From Mobula hypostoma (Eukaryota), in NCBI RefSeq assembly GCF_963921235.1, contig NC_086108.1:59088001-59152000 (forward strand): a DNA stretch of 64,000 bases, in the 5' to 3' direction. A program made the translations under genes and the position numbers. Within the stretch, counting starts at the first letter, position 1. Each line of letters begins with the position of its first letter. Under the pieces are notes generated by a model, which saw nothing but the letters and a program-made list of their open reading frames with translations, was not told where the DNA came from and ran no database searches. Of this stretch, positions 49,180 to 63,495 are shown in pieces.

Positions 49180-52100
49180 GTTTCCCATCCTGGTATGAGA
49201 GGGAAAACAACCAGAAGTCTTAATACATGTTGGTACCAACAACATAGGCAGGAAGGGGGATGAGGTCCTGAAGTGTGAGTTTCGAGAATTAGGCAGAAGG
49301 CTGAAGAGCAGAACCTCAAGGGTGGCGTTCTCAGGATTGCTGCCAATGCTACGTGATAGTGATGTTAAGAACTGGAGGAGATGGCAGTTGAATGTGTGGC
49401 TGAGGAGTGGTGCATGGGGCAGGGTTTTAGATTTTTGGATCATTGGGATCTCCTCTGGGGAAGGTGGGACCTGTTCAGATTGGATGGGTTACAGCTGAAC
49501 TCGAGGGGGAGCAATATCCTTGTAGGTAGGTTTGCTAGAATGGTTCGGGAGGGTTTTAACTAATTTGCAAGGGGGATGGGACCTGGAGCGATAGAGCAGT
49601 GGAAGAAGTGCATGGAGTAAAGCCAGAACTAACATATAAAGAGGCTTTAAGGAAAGAGAAGTAGAATAAAGGGTGTAAAGGTAGTAAGGTAGAAGGGCTA
49701 AAGTGCGTGTGCTTCAATGCAAGAAGCATCAGGAACAAAGGTGATGAACTGAGAGTTTGGATACATACATGGAATGATGATGTAGTGGCCATTACAGAGA
49801 CTTAGCTGGCACCAGGGCAGGAATGGATTCTCAATATTCCTGGATTTCAGTGCTTTAAAAGGGATAGAGAGGGGGAAAAGGGGAGGAGGGGTGGCATTAC
49901 TGGTCAGGGATACTATTACAGCTACAGAAAGGGTGGGTAATGCAGCAGGATCCTCTTTTGAGTCAGTATGGGTGGAAGTCAGGAACAGGAAGGGAGCAGT
50001 TACTCTATTGGGAGTATACTGTAGGCCCCCTGGTAGCAGCAGAGATACCGAGGAGCAGATTGGGAGGCAGATTTTGGAAAGGTACAAAAATAACAGGGTT
50101 GTTATCATGGGTGACTTTAACTTCCCTAATATTGATTGGCACCTGGTTAGTTCCAAGGGTTTAGACGGGGCATAACTTGTTATGTGTGTCCAGGACGGAT
50201 TCCTGTCACAGTATGTGGACAGGCCAACTAGGGGGAATGCCATACCAGATCTGGTATTAGGTAACGAACCGGGTCAGGTCACAGACCTCTCAGTGGGTGA
50301 GCATCTGAGGGACAGTGACTACCGCTCCCTGGCCTTCAGCATTATTATGGAAAAGGATAGAAAAGAGAAGACAGAAAAATTTTTAATTGGAGAAGGTCAA
50401 ATTATGAGGCTATAAGGCTAGAACTTGTGGATGTGAATTGGGATGATATTTTTGCAGGGAAATGTACTATGGACATATGGTCAATGTTTAGGGATCTCTT
50501 GCAGGATGTTAGGGCTAAATGTGGCCCAGTGAGGAAGATAAAGAATGGTAGAGTGAAGGAACCATGGGTGACAAGTGAGGTGGAAAATCTAGTCAGGTTG
50601 AAGAAGGCAGCATACATGAGGTTTAGGAAGCAAGGTTCAGATGGGTCTATTGAGGAATATAGGGTAGCAAGAAAGGAGCTTAAGAAGGGGCTGAGGAGAG
50701 CAAGAAGGGGGCATGAGAAGGCCTTGGCGAGTAGGGTAAAGCAGCGGTCCCCAACCACCGGGCCACAAAGCATATGCTACCGGGCTGCGAGGAAACGATA
50801 TGATTTGGCGATATGAGTCCATATTATTTGATATTATCCATCTGTTATCTTTGGATTATTTGCAATGTTCACCACTGTGAAAAGCTCTTTATCATTTCAG
50901 CCATATCTTTGCCTGTTGTCGTTAATTCAAATCGCCATATCGCACCTTTCCTCATTCCCTGTCACGCCCACTGTTGAGTCATTATGCATGCAAGGTCATT
51001 ACCCGCGCGTCATCCATGTCAGGGCGTGAAGGAGATCAACTCCTCCAGCTTGCAAATGACGACAGGCTGAAAAGTATGTTTGACATAACATTTCCGCCGG
51101 CATTCTGGATCAAAGTCAAGACTAAATATCCTGAGATAGCCATGAAAGCACTGAAAACGTTGCTTTCATTTCCAACATTTTTCTGCGAAGCGGAGTTTTC
51201 TGCAATGAATGCAATGAAAACTAAATTGCGGAATAGACTGGACATAAGGAACCCCCTTCGACTATTGCTGCCTCCAATCACCCCTCGATGGGACCGTCTT
51301 GTTGTAGGAAAACAAGCCCAGGTCTCCCACTGATTCAGCGATATTGGTGTGTTGCAATGATCTTATATGTTCATATGGGGAAAATATGTGCTGTGTGTTT
51401 AATATCCAAATGTTACCTAAAATGTTATGATGCTACTGACTTATATAACCATATAACAATTACAGCATGGAAACAGGCCATCTCGTCCCTTCTAGTCCGT
51501 GACGAACGCTACACTCACCTCGTCCCACCGACCTGCACTCAGCCCGTAACCCTCCATTCCTTTCCTGTCCATATAGCTATCCAATTTTTCTTTAAATGGT
51601 AATATCGAACCTGCCTCTACCACTTTTACTGTAAGTTCGTTCAACACTTACTTCAAGCTCCCCTGTCCTCCCCTGATAATTGATTTATCGCTATATTCAT
51701 GCGAGGAAAATATGCGCTGTGTGTTTAATATTAAATTCATTAGATAAATCCTTTTAGAAACAAAATTGAGTGTATTAGCCACTTATCACCTATATTTTGG
51801 TCGTGATTAACACCCCCCCCGAACAGAATCACCAAAAACGATTTGCAGAAAAAAAAATCGGAAGGTACACGCATGCGCAGGTTACGCATGCACAGTGGTG
51901 CCCGCGCAAGGCTTCATGGTTATTGTAGTCTTTCTCGGCGTAAGCTCAACATATTTTACTGCTACTCTTGTCCGTTGGCAACCCTACCCCACTGCCCCAC
52001 CCCACCCCAGTTGGCTGGTCCACAAGAATATTGTCAATATTAAACCGGTCTGCAGTGCAAAAAATGTTGGGGACCCCTGGGGTAAAGGAAAACCCCAAGG

Positions 52101-53895
52101 TATTCTTCAAGTATGTGAAGAACAAAAGGATGACAGGAGTGAAGGTGGGACTGATTAGAGATAAAGTTCGGAAGATGTGCCTGTAGGTTGTGGAAGTGAG
52201 CAAGGTCTTCAATGAAAACTTCTCTTCAGTACTCACCAATGAGAGGGAACTTGATGATGATGAGGACAATATGAGTGAGGTTGATGTTCTGGAGCATGTT
52301 GATATTAAGGGAGAGGAGGTGTTGGAGTTGTTAAAATACATTAGGGCGGATAGGTCTCCGGGCCCTGACAGAATATTCCCCAGGCTGCTCCATGAGGCAA
52401 TGGAAGAGATTGCTGAACCTCTGGCTAGGATCTTTATGTCCTCGTTGTCCACTGGAATGGTACCAGAGGATTGGAGGGAGGCGAATGTTGTCCCCTTGTT
52501 CAAAAAAGGTAGCAGGGATAGTCTGGGTAATTATAGAACGGTGAGCCTTACGTCTGTGGTGGGAAAGCTGTTAGAAAAGATTCTTAGAGATAGGATCTCT
52601 GGGCATGTAGAGAATCATGGTCTGATCAGGGACAGTCAGCATGGCTTTGTGAAGGGCAGATCATGTCTAACAAGCCTGATAGAGTTCTTTGAGGAGGTGA
52701 CCAGGCATATAGATGAGGGTAGTGCAGTGGATGTGATCTACATAGATTTTCATAAGACATTTGACAAGGTTCCGCATGGTAGGCTTATACAGAAAGTCAG
52801 AAGGCATGGGATCCAGGGAAGTTTGACTGGATGGATTCAGAATTGGCTTGCCTGCAGAAAGCAGAGGGTCATGGTGGAGGGAGTACATTCAGATTGGAGG
52901 ATTGTGACTAGTGGTGTCCCACAAGGATCGGTTCTGGGACCAATATTTTTCGTGATTTTTATTAATGACCTGGATGTGTGGGTAGAAGGGTGGGTTGGCA
53001 AGTTTGCAGACGACACAAAGGTTGGTGGTGTTGTGGATAGTGTAGAGGATTGTCGAAGATTGCAGAGAGACATTGATAGGATGCAGAAGTGGGCTGAGAA
53101 GTGGCAGATGAGTTCAACCCGGAGAAGTGTGAGGTGGTACACTTTGAAAGGACAAATTCCAAGAGAGAGTACAAAGTAAATGGCAGGATACTTGGTAGTG
53201 TGGAGCAGCAGAGGGATCTGAGCGTACATATCCACGGATCCCTGAAAGTTGCCTCACAGGTAGATAGGGTAGCTAAGAAAGCTTATGGGGTGTTAGCTTT
53301 CATAAGTCGAGGGACAGAGTTTAAGAGTCGCGAGGTAATGATGCAGCTCTATAAAACTCTGGTTAGGCCGCACTTGGAGTACTGTGTCCAGTTCTGGTCA
53401 CCTCACTATAGGAAGGACGTGGAAGCATTGGAAAGGGTACAGAGGAGATTTACCAGGATGCTGCCTGGTTTAGAGAGTATGCATTATGATCAGAGATTAA
53501 GGGAGCTAGGGCTTTACTCTTTGGAGAGAAGGAGGATGAGAGGAGACATGACAGAGGTATACAAGATATTAAGAGGAATAGATAGAGTGGACAGCCAGCG
53601 CCTCTTCCCCAGGCACCACTGCTCAATACAAGAGGACATGGCTTTAAGGTAAGTGGTGGGAAGTTTAAGGGGGATATTAAAGGAAGGTTTTTCACTCAGA
53701 GAGTGGTTGGTGCGTGGAATGCACTGCCTGAGTCAGTGGTGGAGGCAGATACACTAGTGAAATTTAAGAGACTACTAGACAGGTATATGGAGAAACTTAA
53801 GGTGGAGGGTTATATGGGTGGCAGGGTTTAAGGGTCGGCACAACATTGTGGGCTGAAGGGCCTGTACTGTGTTGTACTATTCTATGTTCTATGTT
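49180..53895 (+). mobile_element. Near full-length CR1 LINE (ORF1 SGNH-esterase part, APE, RT), interrupted by a hAT
   Basis: HVGTNNIG and DGLQLNSRG (ORF1); NARSIRNK and GDFNFPNIDW (APE); RT 52190-53179 with FADD; (TTCTATG)n tail; frame continues across the hAT TSD (ASRVK|ENPK). Confidence 0.92.
50742..52079 (+). mobile_element. Internally deleted hAT (Buster/Charlie-type) DNA transposon
   Basis: TIRs CAGCGGTCCCCAAC / GTTGGGGACCCCTG; 8-bp TSD GGGTAAAG (50734-50741, 52080-52087) with central TA; dimerization domain FWIKVK.KYPEIA.KALK.LL.FPT...CEA.FS..N..KTKLRNRLD...QAQVSH at ~51030-51333. Confidence 0.93.
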
Positions 53896-55085
53896 AAAAG
53901 ATAATTGACAATAAATTAACAGCTCAAAGTATTTGAGCAAGTGTGTTACCATGGACTGAAAACTGTCACAGAAAACAGATTTGAAATAAATTGGTTCTTT
54001 TCAAGCTGGAAGGAATTCTACAGGGGTTGGCTCCTGGCCCTGAATTGTTTACAATTTACATGAATGACCAGGAGGTGGGAATGAAATGTTAGGGACGAAG
54101 TTGGCCTTATCACAGTTACCGATGAGTAGAACTGAAGCAAAGTGAACTCTTAGGATACATAATCACTGCCCTGAACAAAACTGGAGCTCGAAGGAAACAG
54201 GAATAAATAGTTCTTTCTTGAGCGGCAGGCAGTGATCAGAAGTGCCACAGGAATCCATGATCAGGCCACAGCTATTTGTAGTACATTGTATGTCAGTGAT
54301 TTGGTTGAGGTAACTAAAAGCAACATTTCTATGTTTGCATATTACACAAAGCTAGGGGCAGTGGGCTGGAGGCAGGAATGGGTATAGTTAGGCTCCAATA
54401 CAATTTAGGAAAGTTGAGTTATTCATTAAATGCATGGCAGATGCTTTTTAATGCAAATTAATATTAGTTTATTCAATTTGTCTCTAGAAACAGAAAAGCA
54501 TACCTCTGTACATCAGTTACAGAGAGAAGCATTCAGCTGCAGCAAACAGTTATGTTTGTCTTCAGTGCAAGAGGATTTTGGTAGGGGAGCAAGAATACCC
54601 TTCTGTAGCTGGGCTAGCAGGGCGAAGAGGTGAAGATTTATTGGGGAGGATCAGGCTATATTCTCTGGAATGTGAGAGGGGATCCACAGAAATCCATAAG
54701 ATTCAACCAGGAATAGGGCAGCTATTTAATTAGACTGTTCCACATAGCCAACAAAAAGGCAGGCATTGCTGGGAACTTACAACAGACCAGACACGACACA
54801 GAGCAGGTATTCCTGATAGCTGAAGAGTCTAGAAGCAGAAATCACGGCCACAGAATGTTGGGCATTTCTTCACCCAGAAGATGGAATAATTCATCAAACA
54901 AAGCTGCAGAGATCAAGACATCAAATATATTCAAGAAGAAACAAGATATGTTTCTTAATGCCAAAGAGATGAAAGGCATTGGAGGAAAAGCAGGGACCGG
55001 GTATTGAAATGGATGATCAGCCATCATTATGTGGACTGGTGAAGGCTCAAATGACCTTGTCCTGCTCCTATTTTTTCAGTTTCTA
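53896..55085 (+). mobile_element. Highly decayed CR1 relics; the young CR1 appears to be inserted into one
   Basis: Degenerate RT-like segments and a CR1 tail (cctgctcctatttt..gtttcta) near 55060; probably continues ~48960-49180. Confidence 0.5.
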
Positions 55086-56999
55086 AATCTTTCAATTGAC
55101 TCCTTAAGTGCTTCCTTTACCTGTAAAACACAGAAACCAATACTTTCTGCAGTTATTCAGAGCAGCTATTTAAGTACAGAGCTGGGATAAAGATTTCTCT
55201 TTGAATGGAGAATAAATTATAAGCATGTTAAAAAAGTGACTAAGGTATATTAGCTTCCATCGCTAAGATGACTGAAAAACAAATTCTCTCTTTACTATTA
55301 TATGTGGACTGCATTAAACTCAATATAATTGATTCATTTCAGTTTATAGTCAGCAGGATTTCGGTGGAATATGTATTTCATTAGGAGTTCCAGAGTATTA
55401 AGTTAACTGTGCATGAATTCTTTTTCTTTGTACTCTTACACTGTAAAATTGCTCAACACAAAGTGGGCAAATTAAGTATTTGCAGCTTCATTTGTAATGA
55501 TTTTTATTCTTTGAACCCTGTACCAAACCTTTTTAAATTGCAGCTGGATGAAATGCATACTTATCTCTTTTTAACAGTGCAATTACTGCAGTAATTAAAG
55601 TAGACATGGTAATGTCAAATGCACTACAGTGTGGATGCTTTCTTAATTGGGATATTACAATGCATATTAGATCAATGCTGTCTCTCATTCATAATCTCTT
55701 TATTTTTCATTCCTTTATGCCTACTTTTCTTTTGGGAACTAATATTTTTTCACTTAACACATTCTGTCAAAATTCTTTCTCCTCTTATATTGGGCAACTC
55801 ATTATTATTGAAGACAATTATAGTTTTTTTTTTAAATACAGCATTTGAAAACCACTTCTGCTTTACAGAAGTACACTTCAGTTTCCTCCCCAGTAGGGCT
55901 ACTAGATAAACACATTACTTGACCTAGCATGAAATGATTGCATCCTGGAAGATTGAAGGATTTACCTCTGGTCTAGCCTTATCAGATTTCAGATGGAATG
56001 ATTGCTGCTGGAGAGCGACAAATTGCTTTGACTCCTTTAGATGAATGAGTTGGGTTTCTGCTCTTGATTACTACCTATTAGAAATGACACATGTTGGATA
56101 AGGCATCACATATTGGACAAGATAGCACATGTGACATCCCCCGGTTGAATAACTTGCCAAGTCTCACTGGAGTAAAATGACACATAAAAAGAGATCACTT
56201 GAATGAGCTGATAAAGGGCTTGTGAACTTTTATTTCAGCATGGTACATTGCCCTCAGAAAGTAACAGGAAAAAATCCCAGCTGCTGGACCTGAGAACTGA
56301 AACACTTCAGGCAACTTGGGTTGGGTATGCATGGGAAAAGATTTTCTCCTTACTTTCCTGAGATAATTTCTGCTTCTTTTGTAAAAGTTCAATCAGTCCT
56401 TGTGCAGAACTGATAATTCCCTACTTTCTTGTGATCAAACAGGTTCTTGATGCAAACTGTGAGTTGTTTATTTTATAGTCATGCTGCCGATTCGTATTTC
56501 TATTCTGGATTTAGAAATCCTTAAGAATGATTTTTTAAGTGGAATCTCAGTAGGGAGCAGGTTATTCTCTGCCCACAAATTAAATTTTATACCTTCACTA
56601 CATTTATCCACAGCAGTGATGACTGAAAATATGATTACTACTTGAAAGGATCTCAAAATCATAGGAAGCCAACAGATGAAGATTTATGCAGTGATGAGAT
56701 AAACACCTTTCACTGAAAATTCTTGTTCAAAATCAAAATGTTGCATAGTGGCTCCATAAGTATGTTACTGAGCTATTAAGAAAAGAGTTGAAATTTAGTT
56801 TGATGTTTGTGAATTAGTCATTACCTTCAAAAAGATGAGGTTTTAGAACAAGCACACTGGTGCTTACTGGTGAGAATCTAGAACCCCAATTCGCAGATTC
56901 ACCTTGAGTGAATGCAGAAGACTAACCTCGCTCGTCTTCCTGCTCCTGGAAACCAGCATCATGGCTTTAATGCATTCTAGGGTTTGGGTAAGGAAACTC

Positions 57000-59900
57000 A
57001 ATCCTAAACCATGGTAAAGGAGCTGTAGGTGTTTGGGAGGGTGTAAAAGTGGAATGGGCTTTGCGTTATTGATGAAGGAAAGCATCATGCAGGAATGAGG
57101 GAAAATGAGGGCTCTTCAAATGAGGTCTGAGGGTAGAGCTTAGCCTCAATTAAGATTAAAAAGCAAATATACAGGAAAATCACAGAGTTGCAAAAGGAAT
57201 AGGGTTATAGTAGTAGAGAATGTCAACTTTGTCAATATTAACAGCAGTCAAATAAATTTGAAATATGTAGATGAAGTGGAACTTTTAAGTACATCCAAGC
57301 AGAGCTTTTTGAGTCACTACTTCGATACTTCAGCTAAGAATGGGGCATTATTAGACCTGATCCTGTTGAATGAAGCCAGGCAATGGATAAAGTGTCAGTG
57401 AGTGAGCATTTTAGTATAGTGAATATAACTCTGTAAGTTAAGTAGTTATAGAAAGTGATAAGGGATAAGTAATTAGGTGTCTGAATTGGGGGAAGTCTGA
57501 TTTTAATATCATCAGTCTCTACTTGGCAAATGTATATTGGGATCAGCTACTTGCAGGTAAATCCACTTCTGGGAAGTGACAGTCTTTTAGAAGTGAAATG
57601 AGTGAATGTTTAGTAGCAATGTATGCTTCTGAGATTCAAGATTTTTTAATGTCATTTCCAGTACACAAGTTTAAAGAAGAACAAAATAATAGTTACTCTG
57701 GATCTGATGCAGCAAAAAAGACAAAGAATGCAATAAACTGCAAAATAGAATAAATATAAATATGTACATTAACTAGCTTATATACATAGGTTGATTGTAT
57801 GTCCATAAAATGATGCTAGGCACACGAGTGACTGTAGATAAGGTGACTAGGATAGAAAGTGATAAATTGGTGGTGGTGTGGGTGTTCAGGGGAAGTTAGC
57901 AGGTGGAGTTGTTGATTAGCCTTCCTGCTTTGGAAAATCATGTGTACATTGAAACAGTGAAATGTGTCATTTACGTTAACAACCAACACACCTGAGGGTG
58001 TGCTGGGAGCAGCCCACAAGTGTTGCCATACATTCTGGCACCAATATATAATGTCCATAGTGCTCAGCAGAAAATTACAGAACACAACAAACAACAAAAC
58101 AACAACAGCAAAACAAACCACAGTCCTTCCTCTCACACACATACATATACACAGTCCTCTAACCCCAAAATAGTTAATCTTCTTCAGCACTCAGATTTGG
58201 ACTCAGAGTGTAAAGGTGACAGGTGAGGAACGCAAGTCCGTGAAAGTCTGTATATCATGAGATATTTGAGGATTTGCTAAAGGACAAAACAGGCAAGAAC
58301 AGAGAACTAAATACTAGGGCGGGTTTTCAGGAATATTGACAACAGATGGTAATATTTAGAAATCAGGAGGGTAAAGAGGTGTCACAAAATTATCACTGGT
58401 AGAGGAGATAAAATAAATCCCATTCCTCTTTATAAGCAGGTTACAATCAAGAGGTAATCACAGAAAAAGTTGGACCCATCAGAGAGTAAATTAATACTTT
58501 TCATCTGTATTTATCAAGAAGTAAAACATTTAGCTGGGGATTTCTGTTGAAACAGTAAATTTTAGGACATGTTAAGATTATAAAGGAGAATATGTTAAAT
58601 GTCTTACTTGGCATAAGAAGGATAAATCCTCAGGAACAGATGAGATGTACTCAGGTTGCTGTGGGATTCAAAGAAGGAGATTGTTGGGGTCACAGTAAAG
58701 ATATTTAACTCTTCTCTGACCACAGATAAGGTACCAGATGATTAGAAGGAGACAAACTGACACCTTTATTCAAGAAGGACAGCAGGGATGAGCCAGGTGA
58801 TTACAAGCCTGTGTGTCTAACAACAGTGGTGGGGAAATTATTTTAAAACGTTTTGAAGGATAATATTAATCTATGCTTAGAAAGACAAAGGTTGACTTAG
58901 GTTTAAGATCCAATGTGCTTTTTTAATTGAAATTTTCTGAAGAAGTAACTAACTATACTGATAACAGCCATATGGTTAAATGGTTAACCAAGATTTCAGT
59001 AAGGTTTCTGACAAAATCATATATGGATAGCTTGTCTAAAAGGTTAGATCTCATATGATCCAATGCCAATTGGAAAATTTGATCCAAACTTAGCTTGGTA
59101 GTAGGAAACAGAAGGTTGCCTTTGTGATTGGAAGCCTGTTAGCAGTGGTGCATGTACGGATCAGTGCTAGAATCACTGATGTTTGGTAAATGCATTAATA
59201 ACTTAGATGTGGATGTAGGAGTAAAATTAGTAAGTTCAAGATGACACATAAATTAGTGGTGTTGATAATGAGGCAGGTAGTCTTAAGCAACAGAATGAGA
59301 TTAAACAGCTGGTAAATTGGGCAGAGCAACAGCAGATGGAATTAAACCCCGATGGTTGTGAAATGATACATTTTGTGGAGTCTAATAAGAGACAAATAAA
59401 TATGAATGGTAGATCCTAATGAAACACTAAGAAACAAATGAACCTTAGGTGTTCAAATTCAAAGATCTTGAAAGTTGCAGCAAGGGTAGCTGGGGTGGTG
59501 AAGATGGTATCTAGGACGCTTCATGTTATCAGCATGGACATAAGCTATAAGAGCGTGGTAGTCAGTACAACATTATAAAAATATTGTGTGCAGTCCTGAT
59601 TGTCAAACTATAAGACTAATGTAATTACACAGGAAAGACTACAAAGGAGATTTACTGGAATGTTGCTTTCGATGGAAAGTTTCAGTTATGAGGAGAGATT
59701 GAAAAGGTAGGTTATACTTGGAATGGTGGGGGGGGGTGCATGGTAAAGGTACACAAAGTTATGAGAGGTATCAACAGGATGGAGTGTTAATTTTTTCCCC
59801 CACAGGGCAAAGGAATCTAAGATCAGAGGAAATAGGTTTAAACTGAGAAGTACAGAGGATCTAGAGAATTTAGAGAGGATCTAAGTAAGAATGTTTTTAT

Positions 59901-60340
59901 CAAGAGGTTGGGTTAACTCTAGAAAGCACTGACTGAGATGGTATTTGTGGAAGATACTCTCATAATATGTAAGAGGCAAGTGAACAGACATTTGAATTGC
60001 CAGTTTAGTAGGCTATAGGCCTACTAATCTTCATTGGACATGTGATTAGGAAAGGTGAGTTAGGATGCACGGTAATTATGGGAAAGATCAAAGGGAAGAA
60101 AGCAAATGGAAGGCAAAGACAAATGATGATGGAGACAGCAGCCACAGAACTGGAAATGAATACCAATGAATTGATCCACTTGACCCGAAACAGGAGTGTG
60201 TGGGCCACGGCAGTCAAAGCTCATTCTGGGGATGGCACCTGATGATGATGATGATGATAGGCCAAATGCTAATTAGCATGGTTGGCATTGACATGTTGGA
60301 CTAAAGAATCTGTTTCTGTGCTGCATGACACTATGATTCA
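57000..60340 (+). mobile_element. Ancient long CR1 LINE with nested insertions
   Basis: Degenerate APE/RT remnants (DYKPVCLTTVVGKL ~58800, DFSK..DK, GSVL, DDT); CR1 tail ctgtgctgcatgacactatgatt near 60320. Confidence 0.6.
60022..60256 (+). mobile_element. RTE-type LINE 3' end with (GAT)n tail
   Basis: GHVIRKGEL...GKIKGKKANGRQR; (GAT)6 tail; 7-bp TSD ATAGGCC at 60015-60021 and 60257-60263. Confidence 0.7.
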
Positions 60341-60440
60341 AAAAAAATTCTCTTAAGCTCAGATCAGAAAGTTATAATAGCCACTAAGGTTACTTGCTAA
60401 TGGTGACTGGTTCTGTCGCAACAGAACAAAACCTTCAAAT

Positions 60441-60672
60441 CAAACCCAAGAGAATCTGCAGATCCTGCAAATATTCAGCAACACAGACAAACTGCCGGAG
60501 GAATTTAGCAGGTCAGGTAGCATCCATGGAGGGAAACAAACAGTTGATGCTTTGGGCTAAGACCCATCATCTGGACTGATGAGGGGTCTTGACCTAAAAC
60601 GCTGGCAGTTCATTTCTCTCCATGCATGCTGCCTGGCCTGCTGAGTTCCTCCAGCACACTGTGTGCGTGTTG
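60441..60672 (-). mobile_element. Palindromic miniature PLE derivative (old subfamily)
   Basis: Inverted arms about ~60572 (acccatcatctgga-ctgatgaggggt); degenerate 15-bp TSD acaaaaccttcaaat / acaaaagctccaatt. Confidence 0.75.
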
Positions 60673-62119
60673 ACAAAAGCTCCAATTTCTTTTGAAAGGA
60701 GACACTGCTGTTAAGCACATTTCAAACTACCAGACTCATGAAGTAAAAATAATAGAAGCTGGGAGATCTGTTTCTTTAAAATTTAAGGAGTTCTTCAGTT
60801 CCATTCTGAATAATTCTCAATTGTTACTATACACTTTTTTCTCAATCTTTTAGGTATTTGAAATAAAAAGAAGCCTACATCTGTAAAAAATGTTAAAAGT
60901 ATTTAAAGCACTTTTTTTTTCTAATGGTGCACAAGTTAACAAACATCAGTTAGGAATTCTTCTAATTTGGAAATTGGAATCATTAGCATTTTGAGGAAGC
61001 AATAACAATCAATTAGCTCTGGAGAGACCAGTGTTACTCTTGTTACTGCATATCTTGCTAACAGCAGTCTCATGTGGCACATAATGAATGATAAACAGTT
61101 ATCAATAAATGGTGCCTAACAAGCTGACAGAGTGATGAAAGCTTACTGTTCATTACTATTTGCTCTGTTCAATCTTTCTCTTTCTTTAAGTCTAGTATTT
61201 GGCTATTGTAGTGTATTGTGTTGTATTGTATCTAGTTGCCTTGGCTAGGACATGGACTGAACCTTTATAATTAAAGAATGTTAATAAATGATTTTAAGAT
61301 GACCCCAACTGAGATTGCCGCCTGATAAATCCCCCCAGACTGGGGATTGGGGAGCAATTAATTGGAGAGTAAGCACTGCTTAATACACTGTTGGCAACAT
61401 CTTCCTTCCAATAAATGCTGCCTGACCTGCTGAGTTCCTCCAGCATTTTGCGTGTATTGTCATTACCCTCCTTCACTGACGTCTGACGGAACACTAACTG
61501 GATGTTAACTAACTGATTTGTTTTTGTGTGCGAGATATATCCGAGTAATTGTGTAGAACTAGTGCTCTAACTGTACTGGAATAGTATTGCTAGGGATGCA
61601 GCTGGTTCTTGAACTCATGATCTTAGTATAACTGCTGGATGCTGTCCGGTGTGTGGTCTTTGCTGCAGTCATTACTCTTTCCTAATATGATGTGGATTGG
61701 ATTGAATTGGTTAAGTAATGGCTTTAGTGGAGGAAGCTGAGAACTGAGATGAATCATCCACTTAGCACTCTTGAATGGACCTGACTGTGATTATTTCAGT
61801 CTTGTCTTTAGCACTCATGTGCTGCACCCCTGCTCACTGATGATGAGAATGTCTCTTCTTCCTGTTACCTATTTAATTACCCAACACCATTAACAATTCA
61901 TGATCCCTGTGGTTTAGCTTTGCTTATTAACTGCTGCAGACCCATTCCAACAGCTATATTCTTCAGGACTTGGACAGATAGATCAGTGGTGGGGCTACCC
62001 TGTCAGTCTTGGTGGTGAACACTAAAGGTTTGCTAACCCATATTACATTTTGTAATCATGTTAATTGCAGTGCTGTTTAATATGGACAAGTACCAATTCA
62101 TCATTTGAAGGAAGATGTA

Positions 62120-63495
62120 GTTCAGAATCGGGCTTCTTATCACTGACATGTTATGAAAGTTGTTGTCTTGTGGTAGTAATACTGTACAAGACATTAAAAA
62201 ATTACTAAAGTTACAATAAAAATTAAAAAAATATATATAGGGCAGAAGAGGAACAGTTAGGAATTGTTAATGGACCATTCAAAAATCTAATGGCAGAGGG
62301 GAAGAAGCTGTTTCTATAACATTGAGTGTGGGTCTTCATGCTCCTGTACTTCCTTCTTGTGGCAGTAATGAAAAGAGGGCAGGTCCTGAATGGTGGAGAT
62401 CCTTAATGATGACTGCCACCTTCTTGAGACACTGACTTTTGAATATATCCTCGATGGTGGAAGGCTTATGTCCATAATGGTGCTGGGTGACTCTACAACC
62501 TACTGCAGTCTCTTTCCATTCTATGCATTGGAGCCTCTATACCACATGGTGATGCAACCAGTCAGAATGCTCTCGACATTTCATTAGTAGCAATTTTCTA
62601 GAGTCTTTGATTACTTACCAAACTCCTCAAACTTTCTTTTGGCATGTGCGTGCGTGAACTCCTCAAAAGTCTAATGAAATATAGCCACTGGTGTGCCTTT
62701 GTGGTTGCACTAATATGTTGCCTCCAGGATAGAACCTCTGAGATGTTGACACCCAGGAAATTGAATTTGCTGACCCCTTCGTTGAGGACTAGGGTGTATT
62801 TTCCAGATTAGCCTTTCTGAAGTTAACAATCAATTTGTTTTTGGTGATTATAGAGTTCAAGGTTGTTGTTGTTGTGTCATCATTCAATCAGCTGATCTAT
62901 CTCACTCCATTTGTCTCCTTATCGCCAAATGAGATTCTGCAAACAACAGTGGTGTCATCAGCATATTTCTAGATGGTGTTTGAGTGTAGAGAGAGTAGAG
63001 CAGTGGGCTAAGCATGCACTCTTGTGTACCTGTGTTGCTTGTCAGCAAGGAGGAGATGTTGTTATCAATTTGCTCTGACTGTATTCTCCTGATGAGGAAG
63101 TTAAAGGAGGTAGAGAGGACCAGGTTCTGTGGCTTGTTGATTAGTACTGATGATGTTGAACTCCGAGCTGTGACTGATGTAAGTATTGCTGTTGTCTGGA
63201 TGGTTCAAGGCCAAGTGACAAGTTGGTGAGATTGTGTCCGCTGTAGGCTGGTTGTGGTGGTAGTAAACTGCAGCAAGTCCAGGTCCTCGCTTAAGCAGGT
63301 GTTAATTCTAACCATGACCAACCCCCTGAGGCACCTCATCACAGTAAATATGAGTACTACTGGGAAATGGTCGTTGAGGCAGCTCACCTTTCTCTTCTTG
63401 GGTAATGGTATGATTGATGCTCTTTTGAAGCAGGTGGGAACGTTTGACTGCAGCAGTGACAGGTTGGAGATGTTCTTGAACTCTCCAGCCAGTTG
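62120..63495 (-). mobile_element. Decayed Rex1/Babar-type LINE
   Basis: VPTCFKRASIIPLPKKRKVSCLNDHFPV (ORF 63205-63519); YADDTTV near 62950-62970; tail near 62125. Confidence 0.75.
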
